From: Phaeosaccion multiseriatum
Lineage: Eukaryota > Protista > Ochrophyta, other classes
Assembly: GCA_965112735.1 (NCBI GenBank)
Contig: OZ218958.1
Span: 2,232,001 to 2,296,000, forward strand
Reading direction: 5' to 3'
DNA length: 64,000 nucleotides
Shown here: positions 1 through 12,685 of the stretch, in pieces
Position numbering within the stretch: the stretch's first letter is position 1
How the letters are laid out: the number at the start of each line of letters is the position of its first letter
Translations under genes and position numbers: made by a program
Notes under the pieces: model-generated
Told to the model about the DNA's origin: nothing
Seen by the model: the letters and a program-made list of their open reading frames with translations, nothing else
Database searches by the model: none

Positions 1-376
1 GTGTGTGTGGGTGTGTGGGGGGGTTGGGTCGGTGGGTGGGTGGGTGGGTCGGTGGGTGGGTGGGTGGGTGGGTGGGTGGGTCGGTGGGTGGGTAGGTGGG
101 TGGGTGGGTGGGTGGGTCGGTGGTTGGGGCTGGGTCGGGGCTGGGTCGGGGCTGGGCGGAGGAGGGGGGAGGAGAGTTAGGAATAGCCCTATGCTTGGCA
201 TGACGAGCTTTACATCACTCTCGAAGGGGAGGTAGACAGAGGTAGCCCTCGCTCTGTCACTGTTTGGTTTGTTTTGTGTATTAATTGATTCGCTCTGCTC
301 TGCCCATATACCCCCACCTGCCCCGCCCCACCCCCCCACCCGCCCTGCCCATACACCTCTACTCTGCCCTGCCCAG

Positions 377-1583
377 CACGTACGCCAACGAGAACAATGT
401 GCGCATCTTCACGGCGGACATCATCTACCACCTCTTCGACCAGGTAGGGGGGTGAGGAGAGAGGGGAGGGAGGAGGGGAGAGGGAAGGGAGAGGAGGGGA
501 GAGAAGAGGAGAGGAGAGGGGGGGAGAAGAGGGAAGAGGAGGGGAGAGAGGAGGAGAGGGGAGGGGAGGGAGAGGAGAGGGGAGGAAGGGGAAGGGAAGA
601 TGGGAGCAGCTGAAGCCATGCTATAGATCTTGTCAGCGGCCGCCCCCTTCCCCTCTCGCATCACTCATGCCCTCGATGTCTGGTGTCTGTTGCCTGCGAA
701 ACCCCTCCGCCGTCCACTGCCATCTTTCCAGTTCACGGCCTACATGGACGGCTTGATGGAGGGGCGGAGGGCTGACGCGGTCAACACGGCGGTGTTCCCG
801 TGTATCGCCAAGGCGCTACCCGAGTTTGTGTTCAACAAGCAGGACCCCATCATTATGGTGAGTCAGTGATGAGTCAGTGGGGCAGTCAGAGGGCAAGGAG
901 AGGCAGTGGGCAAGTCAGAGGGAGGACAGGGAGGCAGGCAGTGAGTGGGGTAGGCATTCGCTGGCGTTCCCTTCCTCTCTCCCTTCCTTCCGTGGCAAGG
1001 CCGCAGCAGTGCAGTGCGCCGACTGAAATATATGCAGAAATTGCAAGCGCACCTCAGTCATGTGCCCTTTGTGCGTTTCTTCCCCACCCCACCTCCTCCT
1101 TCCCTTGCCTGTAGGGCATGGAGGTGATTGAAGGCACGCTGCGAGTGGGCACCCCTCTCTGTATACCCAAGCTGGACGGGCTGGAGATTGGTCGAGTGGC
1201 GTCCATCGAGGTGAACAGCAAGCCCACCGACAAGCTCGCCAAGGGAGCGCAGGGGGCGGTGCGTATCGAGGACGCCAAGGGGGGCTCCACTCTGTGCTTC
1301 GGTAAGCAGTTCGATGACAAGAGCGGGGCCATCTACAGCTCCATCACCAGGGCCTCTATCGATGCACTCAAGCTCAACTTCAGGAGCCAGGTGGGTGGGT
1401 GGATGAGTGGGTGGGTGGGTAGGTGGGTGGGTGGGTAGGTGCGTGGGTGCGTGGGTAGGTGGGTGGGGGAGAGAGTGGGTGTGGTCGGGTGTGGGTGTGG
1501 GTGAGGGTGAGGGGGGGGGGGTTGGGCTTGTTTTCGGTGTAAACTCAGGACACGAGGACCAACTAACACATGGACGGCTTCCT

Positions 1584-1627
<44 letters not shown>

Positions 1628-1715
1628 ACACACGTACACACACACGCACATACAGGTGACGCAAGATGACATGAGGCTTCTGGTGCAGCTCAAGAAGGTC
1701 TTCAACATCCCCTAG
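377..1715 (+). CDS. EIF5B: Eukaryotic translation initiation factor 5B, last four exons (approx. 377-443, 732-858, 1114-1390, 1656-1715); 5' part lies outside the window
   Basis: Spliced translation NNVRIFTADIIYHLFDQ|FTAYM...AVFPCIAK...FVFNKQDPIIM|GMEVIEGTLRVGTPLC...YSSITRASIDALKLNFRSQ|VTQDDMRLLVQLKKVFNIP* matches the conserved eIF5B C-terminus; GT-AG junctions keep the frame. Confidence 0.95.
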
Positions 1716-2402
1716 TGGTGCCAATACTATGGTGTCGTTGATGTGGTGCCGTTCATGTAGAAGAGATCGATTATTGGTTAAGGTCTAATGAATGAACTGA
1801 TGACCTGCCCGGCGGCTGCTGCTGCTGCTTAGAGCAGGTGCCGTGTGCAGGGGGGTGCAGGGGCTGCTAGAGGAGAGGAGAGAGGCGTGGAATAGAAAGA
1901 CTGGACTGACTCTGTGGGAAAGGAAGGAAGGAGGAAAGGGGGGGCGAAAGGGCGGATCGAAGAAGCATCTATGGAGAGAGCGTCTGTCGTTGAAAGTTCT
2001 TGTCTCCATTAAGATACAGTTAGTATGAAAAATAATTTTGCGATACGAGAAAAATATGAATCTAGTTGGTTTTGCATCTATCTAGTCTAAGTTGAGTCGG
2101 CGCAAGCTTCTCTGTGCCGCCCCCCCCCCCCTTGTAAAAATTGGAAGACCCTGTTGTAAACAAACTCGTGCATCACGTTGAAACGCGCACACGAGTTGCC
2201 AATCTCCCCCCCATATACACATCCCACCCGTGATCTCTAGTGATCTCTACCGTACATATCCGTCTATTGTTTATACATATGTATTGCCCTACCTCGGCCG
2301 TGCCATTAGTCTTCTCAGAGCTCTGTCACGCCGCTTACTGAGAGCTCCCACCTGATTCCTCCTCCTCCTCCTCCTCCTCCTCCTCCTCCTCCTCCTCCCG
2401 CT

Positions 2403-3872
2403 TCATGTCTCCCTCTTCCCCCCCAGGAAGCGCGCGACGGACTCGTGCTTCTCCAAGTCCCCCAGCAAGTCCTTGAGATAGGCGTTGAGGAAGTACGTCT
2501 GGCGCCACAGATACGGCTGCTCCAGGCACCGGAACCACCCGTGTTGCTTCTCCAGAGAAGCCCACGACTCTTGTGAGGTGGCAAAGTCGCTGCGGCCGGC
2601 GAACTGCCGTGCGAAGCACTTCACCTGAGAGAAGCGCCGCCATGCGCGGTAGGAGTCGACCGTTTCGCCGTCTCCATTGTCCACGCAGAGGAGGAAGAGG
2701 TACTCGGCGTGCTGCTGCTTGCGCTTCTCGGCATGGGACACCACACGGAATCCCCCCACCGAGAGCGCCACCACCGTGCCATCTTCATAACTTTTGGTGT
2801 AGACGGTGCTGGTGGTGTTGATGGCCGTACCGGTGACTTTGTAACCGGGGGACAGGTCCAGATTGTGCTCCAGCGTCCGGCACTGCTCGAGCATGTTGAC
2901 AATGGTCTCCATGGCCGAGTAGTCCTCCTCGTCCCTATCGTCCTCGAAGAAGCCAAACAACTCCTCCTCGTCCGTCTCGTCCTCCGTTTCGTACGTATCC
3001 CCCGAGGAGTACCAGCCGTACCCATCGGTGGCCCCCAGGCTGTCCAGGAAGCCCTTGGTGGCCGAGGCCAGAGCGATGGCCGCTTTGTTTTTGTTGCTCA
3101 CGAATGCCGAGGGGATGGCGGCGGCCATGCTGCGGCACCGCTGACGCCCTTGCTCCACCCCCACCACTTGCCCCTCGCCCCCCTCCTCCTCCTCGTCCTC
3201 CTCCTCCTCCTCCTCCTCCTCCTCGTCGTGATCGTTGCTGAGGGTTCTTACTCTCCGTTCCACAACTACGCCCACCGCCGAGTGCTGGCGCCGCGACCGG
3301 CAGCGGTCGGAACCGCCCCCGTACCTTGAGGATCGGTCCACCATGCAAGAAACAGCTCTCTCCGGCCGGGGTGACTCGTCGCCTGCCTCTCCGCTGGTGG
3401 CACCCGAGACGGAGCGAGCCCGCATAGTAGAAGGCGTGTCAGGGTTAGCTGATCCCTTGTCCACCCCCGTCACCACCCCACAGATGATCTCCTGAGGTTG
3501 CGCTTCTTCTTGTAGTGCTCTCTGCTTTGCATTCTTCTGGTCTTCTTCCCGCTGCAGTTTCCTGTTCTCGGCCGAGTTGAGGGAGAGCATGCTTCGGGAC
3601 GTGTGGGAGCTCTGAATACGCTCCACGGCCTCCGCCAAGAGGAGCAGCGTGCCGCCGGTCTGCTGCGCAGGGGGCTCTACCGAGTCGGAGTTGTGCCTCT
3701 GCTGTGCCAGGAACTCCTCCTCCTCCTCTTCCTCCTCCCGATCGAGATCATCCAGTTGTTGCAGCTGCTGCTCCGCCCCGAACTGCTTCCTCGTGCTGAT
3801 GTCGAGGCACACATTTCCTTTGGCAAACTCAGTGAAGCCGGAGGACGCTGGGGCTAGACAGCTTGAAGGCAT
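2403..3872 (-). CDS. Intronless ~490-aa protein with a low-complexity acidic N-terminus and a C-terminal PX-like domain
   Basis: Long ORF with ATG at 3872. The C-terminus GFRVV...HAEYLFLLCV...YRAWRRFSQVKCFARQF...LWRQTYFLNAYLKDLL has the PX pattern (beta strands, RR[YF]S, final L..YL..LL helix). Confidence 0.6.
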   Translation of the reverse strand: MPSSCLAPASSGFTEFAKGNVCLDISTRKQFGAEQQLQQLDDLDREEEEEEEEFLAQQRHNSDSVEPPAQQTGGTLLLLAEAVERIQSSHTSRSMLSLNSAENRKLQREEDQKNAKQRALQEEAQPQEIICGVVTGVDKGSANPDTPSTMRARSVSGATSGEAGDESPRPERAVSCMVDRSSRYGGGSDRCRSRRQHSAVGVVVERRVRTLSNDHDEEEEEEEEEDEEEEGGEGQVVGVEQGRQRCRSMAAAIPSAFVSNKNKAAIALASATKGFLDSLGATDGYGWYSSGDTYETEDETDEEELFGFFEDDRDEEDYSAMETIVNMLEQCRTLEHNLDLSPGYKVTGTAINTTSTVYTKSYEDGTVVALSVGGFRVVSHAEKRKQQHAEYLFLLCVDNGDGETVDSYRAWRRFSQVKCFARQFAGRSDFATSQESWASLEKQHGWFRCLEQPYLWRQTYFLNAYLKDLLGDLEKHESVARFLGGKRET

Positions 3873-4624
3873 TTTCTTTGGGGAAGTACGTCGTCGTTCC
3901 CGACTCCCAAAAAACAACAACAGAACCTCTAGCAAACTGCCGCTCCTCGCCGAGTGAGTACCTACGGCCCTCTCTTGTGGGGATCCTGGTCTCTGTATAG
4001 TTTGCTTTCTATGTAAAGCTGGGTTACGTTGACCAGATGACTAGTACCTCGTGTCCCGTGACTGGAGGGATCTGGATGACGAAGGAAGTTACGCTTCATG
4101 TTGGAGTGCGTTTGCAATTTTCTTTTTTCATTTTTAATCCAAAAAACAAAAAAAAACAACCACGACTAGATTTCGATGTCCACGTAATCACTGCCGCCGC
4201 CCCCCTCTCCCTTTTTTATTTTTCTTCTTCTTCTTCCCTTCTCCTATTGCTTTCTAACGCGTGAGCATGGGGGTCCTCGGGCTTGCGTAAGAGGCAAACC
4301 CACACGCACGCAAACACGCGAACGCATACACACACGCACACACACAAACGCGCACGCACTCACACACCCACTTCCCGCACTCACTCACTCACGAAAGAGA
4401 GCATCCACGTATGCGGGGCCTCAACATAGGAGGCACATCCACCCTACCAACTATGTTTCACGCCTACTTACTTACTTATTTCCGCCCCATCCTGGTTAGA
4501 CAGGTTCTCAAAAGGGAGAGGGGAAGGAGGAATGGGGGGTCTTGGGTAAAATCAATGACTTATTACTGCCACCCAAATCCCGGCGAAAACCCCACCTGCA
4601 CACGTACACACACACAAAAGCGCA

Positions 4625-6326
4625 ATGGCGGCCATGCAAGAGGTTATGGATGTTGTCGCTCCAGAGGGATCCCCCGCGAGGAGTCGCAGCAGGTCGCCCA
4701 GCAACATGCCCGGCAAGAAGAACCTGAGGTGAGAAGAGGACGGCCAGAAAGCTCGGGCCAACGCGATACTTACCCCCTTGCTCTCTCCCCCTCCTCCTCC
4801 TCCTCCTCGTCCTCCTCCACCTTGTTGCCGATGCCTCCCCCCAGCTCGTCTAGCTTGAAAGAGATGGGAATCAAGTCCGAAAATAGCAGTGGCAGCCTCA
4901 ACTTGGTGCACATGGGAGAAGAGGGCACGAAAGAGTATCGCATGAAGCATGTCATGGTGGACCATGCCCACGACGAGCGCGTCGTGTCTGCATGGCACGA
5001 TATCCCCCTCTACGTACTGGACGAGGAGACGAACAAGCCTACGGGCGTGCTCAACTTTGTGTGCGAGATCCCGCGGTGCAGCAGGAAAAAGTACGAGATT
5101 GCCACCACGGAGCCGGGCAACCCTATCAAGCAGGACGAGAAGAAGGGTAAGCTGCGAGAGGTGAGTACGGGGAGGAGCCTGCAAGAGAGAGGAGGGGGGG
5201 GGGGGGGGCGATGAAAGACCCGGCTTGCTTGTCAAGTGCCGCGCTTAAATTGAATGCGTGGCCGAGTCGACTCCGTGCGAGGCCCGACCCTCCCCAGCCC
5301 TTCCCTCCCCCGAAGAAACACCAAAAAGGACGTTACTCACAAACCAATCAATGTATTCTCTCTCTCTGTCTCTCTCTCTCTCTTCGTCTCTGTCTCCCCC
5401 TCTCTCTCCTTCTCATCTCTCTCTCTCCCTCTCTTTCGTTCTTTTCTTTCTTTCTCCTCCCCCTCCCCCCCTCTCTCGCTGGCAGTTCTCCAAGGGAGAC
5501 GTGTACTTTAACTACGGCTGCTTCCCCCGCACATGGGAGGACCCCGACCACCAGCACCCAGACACAGGCTTCAAGGGAGACAACGACCCCCTCGACGTGT
5601 GCGAGATTGGCATGCGCATCATTGCCACAGGGGACGTTCGGCAAGTCAAGGTGCTGGGGGTGCTTGCCATGATCGACGAGGGAGAAACCGACTGGAAGGT
5701 TATCGTCATAGATGTGGACGATAGGTGAGAGAGAGCGGGGGAGAGGGAGAGGAGAGAGCGGGGGAGAGGGAGAGGAGAAAGCGGGGGAGAGGGAGAGGGA
5801 GTAGGGAGGGGGAGAGAGAGAGAGGGAGCGGGGGAGAGGGAGAGGGAGGGGGAGAGAGAGGGAGGAGAGAGGGGGGGGCTGGGGAGAGAAGGGGGGAGGG
5901 GGAGAGCTTTGAGCTTTGGCAATGCAAGCAGTGTCTATCACCTGCTGCTCCTCCAGCTTGCCCGCCGACGGCCCCCGCCTGGTTCTCACCCATACTTCAT
6001 CCATGCATATTCGTTTCTTTATGTAGCTCTCTCTCTCTCTCTCCATCTCGTCTGCCCGAGCTGAGCACACACTCCCACCCCTCCCCCTCTCTCCCCCTTC
6101 CCCCGTCCATCTTGGACAGGTGGGCACCGGAGCTGAATGACGTGGAGGACCTGGAGAGGCTCCTCCCTGGTGTGGTTTCGACTGTGCGGGAGTGGTTCAG
6201 GACTTACAAAATCACAGACGGAAAGCCCCCCAACGAGTTTGCTCTCGGCGAGAGGTGTATGCCCGCGAAATACGCACAAAAGGTGAGAGAGAGAGAGAGA
6301 GAGAGGGAGGGAGGGAGGGAGGCAGA

Positions 6327-6369
<43 letters not shown>

Positions 6370-7114
6370 GGGAGAGGCGGGAGAAGGCTGGGGGCGGAGC
6401 AGAGTCAGTAAAGTTTGGGGGGGGGGTGAGGGGGTGAAGAACCCAAACATACATACATGGCACCTGCCTTGGACTTTCCTTCGGGAGTGAACCAGCCCGG
6501 CCTAGATCCGTGTTTCTTGTGAGTCCCCACCCCACCCCACCCCACCCCACCCCACCCCATCCCTAAGAACTAAATAGCCTACTCTCGAGTGTGGGAGACG
6601 AGTGGGAGAGGAGAGATAGCACCAACGCCTCCCTTTCCCCCTTCTTGTCGGGCAGGCAGGCCTCATCCTGAATCCCAAACCCCTGTCCTCTCCCCCTCTC
6701 CCCCCCCTCCCCCGCGTGTTGGTGTACCTGTCCTCCCCGGCTACATGCATACATACATATATACGTACATACGTACATACACACATACATACATACATCA
6801 TACATACATACATACATACACACATACATACATCACGTACATGCATACATGCATACATACATACATACATACACACATACATACATACATACATACATAC
6901 ATACATACGTACATACATGCAGGTAATCCTGGAGTGCCACCAGTCGTGGAGGGCGCTTGTTGGGTTGGCGACGACGGGTGGTGAGGTGCCAAAGAACCTT
7001 TCCGTGTCGAAGCTCACAGAGCTCTTGGCGGAGCTCGAGCCCGAGGCATCGCTGTTCAAGGACACCGACAGCGAGGATGGGAATGAGGACTTCCCCACAT
7101 CACTGGTGGTGTGA
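4625..7114 (+). CDS. PPA: Soluble inorganic pyrophosphatase (family I), five exons (approx. 4625-4729, 4845-5160, 5485-5724, 6120-6282, 6923-7114)
   Basis: Motifs [91 protein letters not shown]. Confidence 0.95.
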
Positions 7115-7127
7115 GGACATGTGCCTG

Positions 7128-7195
<68 letters not shown>

Positions 7196-7330
7196 TTCTG
7201 TCTGTCTGTCTGTCTGTCTCCGTTTGTTATAGATACGTGCTTCCCCACCCACATCCACTGGTCGAGTGGGTGGGTGGTGGCGTGAGAGCCTTGGGATCCG
7301 CCCGTGTGAAAGTGGGGTTGCGGTGCCGGG

Positions 7331-7361
<31 letters not shown>

Positions 7362-7828
7362 GAGGGAGAGAGAGAGGGAGGGAGAGAGAGAGGGAGGGAG
7401 AGAGAGGGAGGGAGAGAGAGAGTTACATCTTCTCCAGTTCCCTCATTTACAAGTTCCGGTCAGCGCCCAAGACAGACGAGAGAAGGAGGACTTTGCCCAA
7501 TCCCCTTCTTCCATCCGTACTAGAGATTTGGGGTGGGAAAGAAAGAAAAGCTTTTTCGGTCTTCCTTCCTTACTCCGTGTCGTGTGTGTGTGCACAGAGA
7601 GAGAGAGAGAGTGGGAGGGACGAGGCACAATACGAGACCCCCGCCCCCCAAAAGACTGTTGCGTACACGGGTACTAAATGTAATAGAGGAGTGCATACCT
7701 AACCGCTACTGACTTGTGTTCATTCACTCAAAAGAACACAACCGAACCATATGCACGTGATGCAATCCTACCCCCCTCCTTCCTCACCGCCCCGTGGAGC
7801 TAGCCAAGTGGTCTGTCTTGTCTCTACA

Positions 7829-10016
7829 TCAACCTTTGGGCTTTGGCTTGCTGTAGAGCTGCCCAATGGTCTCCCTGAGGCGCTGTGCCTTGGCCTGCAG
7901 CATCTCTGGCACTCCGTAGCTCTCCTTGCTCCGCGTCTCCTCCGACAACCCGCCCTTCCCTCCCGCCCCCTGCAAGAATTGCTTCTCAGTCTTGCCGAAG
8001 CCCCCCTCCGACGGCACCCCCTCTTCCCCCCCCTGCCCGACCCCGAGTCTCCTCTCTGCTGCGGCAATCATCATTCTCCTCCGAGCCTCGCTGAGGTCGT
8101 GGTCGGGGGGCAGTCTCGCGCCGCGACTCTGGCTGCGGCTCCTTGGGGGGTCGCCCTCGCTCCCGCCCCCCACCCTTGGTGCCATCCGAGCCTGCTGCCT
8201 GCCCTGTCGCTTGGGCCCTGTCCCATCCGAGCTGCCCTTTGCAGACGCAGCAGCAGTTGGTGATACAAAAGCAGCGGCGGCCAAGGATGGCTGTGGCTCG
8301 GACGTGCCGTTGCCGGACTCACCCATACCCCTTTTGCCCCCGCCCTTGCTGCTGCTCCGCTTCTTCCTCCTCCTAATCCTCCTCCTCCTCCTGCTACTGC
8401 TCACGCCACTACCGCCTCCATCGCTGCTGCTGCTGCTATCGCCGCCGACGCCGCCACCGCTACTGCTACTACCTCTTCTCGTTGGATAAAGCTTGTCCAG
8501 CTGAGCAGGCGCTGCGTCCTCCTCCTCCTCCTCCTCCTCCTCCTCTTCCTCCTCTTTCATCTCCTCCTTAGTCTCCCCGCTCCCCTGCCCGTGTGTACTG
8601 TTCCAAAAGGAGTCGTCCTCGTCCCGGGACTCTGCTCCAGCGTAGGGCCGTACACCCCCCGAGCCCCCCGGCGCTCCGCCACCCCGCGCAACAGCAGCAG
8701 CAAAAGCAGGAGCTTCCTTGCGACGCCCGCCGCGCCCTCCTCGCCCACCCCGCTTCGCCAAGCGCTTGCGTGGAGAAGTCGAGGCCGCTCGTGGAGGCGG
8801 GCGAGAAGGCTCTTCTTCACCTTCCCCTCCTTGGGCCCCTTTTTGGGCTTCCCGCGCGGCGGCTATTAGCGACTGTATCGCGACTGCTTTTCGAGAGGCG
8901 CGACCCTTCGCTGCCACCGACTTGGAGCGGCGTCGATGGAGCACCAGCAGCGGAGCCGACCCCGGCCCACTGCCACGAGCAGCAGCACCAGCACCACGGG
9001 CCCCAGTGTGCCGCACAACATTGGAACTCTCACCGCTCTCGGCCTCCTCCTCTCCACCAGCCCCCCGCCCGGTCTCCCAATACAGCTCCGCCTGCTGCGC
9101 CATGTCGGGAGCGTCTCCTCCGTCGCCTCCTCCATCGAGAGCCTCTTCCAACAGGGTGAGGATCTGCAGCCGTGTGCCCGGCCCCACCTTGGGCCCTACC
9201 ACATCGCAAGCCTGGAGCTTGTTACGGTCCTCTGCCAGTACATCCGCGCCGTACCCGAGCAGGAGCCTGACGCACTCCACGTGCCCTCCCACGGCCGCAA
9301 GGTGCAGAGGTGTCCTCTCATTGACAGCCCTGCTGTGCACAAGGTTCCCGTCCTCCTCGAGCAGCAGGCCTGCGGTGTCGTCCTGACCCCTCGCGCTCGC
9401 CGTGTGCAGCGGGGTGTAGCCTTTCCAGTCCACAGCAGAGGCAATACCAGGTGGGTGCGTAAGAAGGCGTGGATGGGCCCGGCACCAGCAAAGAAGCAGC
9501 TTTGTAACCTCAACCCTCCCATACCCACACGCGTAGTGTAGAGCTGTTTGCGCCCGGGTGGTTCCCTTCCACACGCTTGTCCCGGCGTCGAGCAACACGT
9601 CAGCAACATCTGCGTGCCCTCCCTCAGATGCCGCGTGAAGGGGACTGCACCCGAGGTCGTCTGTGATGCCCACATCCGCTCCAAACTCCAGGAGAGTCTT
9701 GACCGCCGCGACCTGGCCCTGCGAGCGAGAACAAACATCAACAAAAGGGACATAACAGAAAAAAGTCTCATGACAAAAGCTCCGCAAGTTTGGCTCTGAC
9801 ATTTCCAACAGCAGCCCCCCATGCACCGCATACCATTGCGCTGGCGATGATAAGGACGGAGCATCCGCGGGGGTCCTTCTGATTTGGGTCCTCTCCCTCT
9901 CCCAGGCGCTGCCGGAGCGCATTCACCTCCCCCCGCTCGGCCAGCACGTGCAAGGGACTCAAGTCCTTCTTCAGAATCCCTGTACTGTTGAAGGCCATGG
10001 CGCCCTGCTGCTCCAT
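7829..10016 (-). CDS. Ankyrin-repeat protein with a long low-complexity C-terminus; two exons (approx. 10016-9834, 9719-7829)
   Basis: Repeats SPLHVLAERG, SPLHAASEGGH, TALHYACGYGR, TPLHTASARGQ, TPLHLAAVGGH; a GT-AG intron joins ...IIASAM to GQVAAVKTLL. Confidence 0.85.
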
Positions 10017-10171
10017 CGCAAACACAAATAACAATCGGAAATCGGAAGAGGGAAGAGCCTCTCCAGGAGATGCAACCAAACCGACGGGGGGGTTGGCCGG
10101 TGAGAAAACAAAACTCGAGTCTTCTTTACTATTACCACACCAGCCCGCTAGGACAGCTCTCTGGATTTGAA
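10017..10171. promoter_or_regulatory. Short (155 bp) divergent intergenic region, probable bidirectional promoter
   Basis: The ATG of the ankyrin gene (10016, -) and the ATG of the EF-hand gene (10172, +) face away from each other. Confidence 0.55.
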
Positions 10172-10510
10172 ATGAGTAATAAAGTGGCTCGCCAGCAGCT
10201 GCAAATCCGCCAAGTGTTTGACTCCTTCCGCGAGGGGAAGAACTTCCTGGACAGGCAAGACGTGCAGTACGCCGCCTCCACGCTGCTCGGCTCGAGGCCG
10301 ACGAAGGTGAGACCCTATTTCCCCCCCTCTCCCTTCTTCTCTCCCTCTCTTGCTGCTCTTCCTCCTGTTTGGAGGGTAGTCCTCTCTCTCTCTTCTCTCT
10401 CCCCTGTTTCGAGGGTTGTTTCCCCCTAAAGCCCCTCGCTCCCCTGTTTGGAGGGTACTCCTATCTGTCTCAGTTCCCCTCTCTCCCCTTCCCATGCTTT
10501 GTAGTGTACT

Positions 10511-10562
<52 letters not shown>

Positions 10563-10685
10563 GCTTGCGGTCCTGTCCCCCTCTTTCAACTTTTTTCTTC
10601 TTTTCTCTCTTGCTCGCTGTTTTCTCCCCTGAACTGTTTCTCCTCCTCCTCCTCCTGCTGCTGATGCTGCTGCTGCTGCTGCTGC

Positions 10686-10746
<61 letters not shown>

Positions 10747-11355
10747 GGTGTTGTTGCCAATAGCATGAAGTGGGGCGGTGGTTGGGAATGGCAGGGGAAG
10801 AACGAATGCGCACTACGGAGGGACTGACTGAGGACGCACCAGAAGGGCTGACCTTGGAAGAGTTTAGCGGCATCATGGCCCGACAGATGGAGGCAGTAGA
10901 CGACAGAGAGGTAAGGCAGAGGCCTCTAGGGTTAAAAGTGTCCCCCCTCCCCCTTACTTCCTGACTTGATTTGGTGCTCCCGAACCCCCCTCGCTCTCTT
11001 CCCACAGGAGTTGCGCCACATATTCCAGGCGTTCGACGTGGGCTGTCGCGGCTTCATCACCCTACCCGACTTGCAGCGCGTCATGGCGGAGGTGTTTCCC
11101 TCCATGCCGCTGCGGCGAGTGGCGCAGCTCTTCGTGGCCGCAGATACAGAAGGGGCCGGTCGGGTGAGTGCAGACAGCAGTGATCGGGGGGCGGGAATGT
11201 CCTCCCTCTCCCTCGACTCGTCTCAGTCCTCCAAACTTGCCTTCTTGGGTATGTGACCCTGCCTCACACCCACCCAATGCGCACAATCTCCCCCCCACCG
11301 TCACGTCCAGATCGGATATCATCGCTTCGAACAGCTGATGAGGATACCCATGTGA
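10172..11355 (+). CDS. EFCAB11: EF-hand calcium-binding protein, EFCAB11-like; four exons (approx. 10172-10306, 10764-10910, 11008-11163, 11311-11355)
   Basis: RQVFDSFREGKNFLDRQDVQYAASTLLGSRPTK|...LEEFSGIM...|ELRHIFQAFDVGCRGFITLPDLQRVMAEVFPSMPLRRVAQLFVAADTEGAGR|IGYHRFEQLM parallels the EFCAB11 pattern (LFGYKPSK...RHIFTAFD...RGFLTLEDF). Confidence 0.75.
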
Positions 11356-12685
11356 GCTCCCGTCCAGTGCCATCCCGCAGCCGTCCACCATCCACCGCAG
11401 GCAGCGAGCACCACTCACCATGCGACAGAATCGCGTCTCCACCTCTATGACGATACAAAGGCAAAGAGTGTCGCTCTGAGGGAACCTTCCCTCATGGCCC
11501 TTGAGCCCTTCGCTTCAACCCCTCAACGCCTGGCCTCGCTCGGCCCGGAGGCGGCACCACAGCACTGGCATTGCTAGTGAGGTCAGGACCCCCTCCCGGA
11601 GAGAAGGAGCCCCCCCCCCGGGAGAGGTTGACTCCCGCAGCGAAGGGGGGGGTGTCCGGCGTCTGCAGCCTCGCAGCCCCCCCGGGAGGAGGGGGGAGGG
11701 GTCCCTTGGGTCCCTCAAGCGGTGCCTCGCTACTTACTCGAGCCAGGACACAAGAGGGAAGGAAGAGAGAAGGGCCCTGCCTAGATGCCTAGAGGGGACA
11801 AACCGCTCTCAACGACACCCTCAATGTGTGGGGGCTCAGTGGGGACGGATACACCACCAACCTTCTCAGCGTCTGTGGGTGGGCACGCGAAGCAGCGGAA
11901 TCGCTCGCTCGCTGGATCACTGGGGCAGGAGGGCAGGAAGGAAGCACGTACCCAAGGAAGCATGAAGTATCGTACCCAACACATACCCGCAGAGCGTTGG
12001 GCATTCCCGCTGCCTGCCCCGGCGCATCTGACAACGACGGAGCACCAGGAGGCAGGCGGAGGCAGGGTGTACATACATTCTATGGGCGCTACCTGCCTTT
12101 TCTTCGGTAGCACAGCCCCCGGCTGTAAAGGTAGGGTAGCACGTAGCAGGGTAGCAGGGTAGCAGGGTAGGGTAGCAGGAGCAGGGAGCGCCGGCGGGAG
12201 CACTCAGGCGTTCGGCCAAATTGAAAGCTGTGCAACCTGGAATCGCAACCCTTTGTCATTCTTGGTGCACGTGCAGTAGAGTAGAGGCACGCAAATGGAC
12301 ACAGGATTTAAAAGGCTTTTTTGGGTAGAAGGGCGCTTGCCCTGTTTGCCTGTGCATATACCCCTTTAGAGCATATAAGGACGTTCAATCAAACTTCTTG
12401 TCCGCTTGTACATTTCAGTTTCAGTGCGTTACCCGAAGGCCCTGCCTCCTCTGGCGCTTCTTCAGACTAGGGTTGATAGAAGGTGGTGCTACTGCTACTG
12501 CTGCTGCTGCTGCTCCTCCGCTCACCAGGGCCCTCCATAGCCTCGGTGGCGCCAAGGGGCACTCGGCATACAGGACAAACTTCCCACGCATCTCTCGTCT
12601 CTATCCTCGCATCCCTCTGATGCTCTCTCAACCTCTCTCCCTCCCACTACCGGGGCCATTTGCTCAAGCCTTTGGTTGGCCATGC

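Noticed and set aside
170-260. Possible antisense exon (ATSVYLPFESDVKLVMPSIGLFL) in the eIF5B intron
   Set aside because: There is no GT donor after it and no recognisable homology; unsupported.
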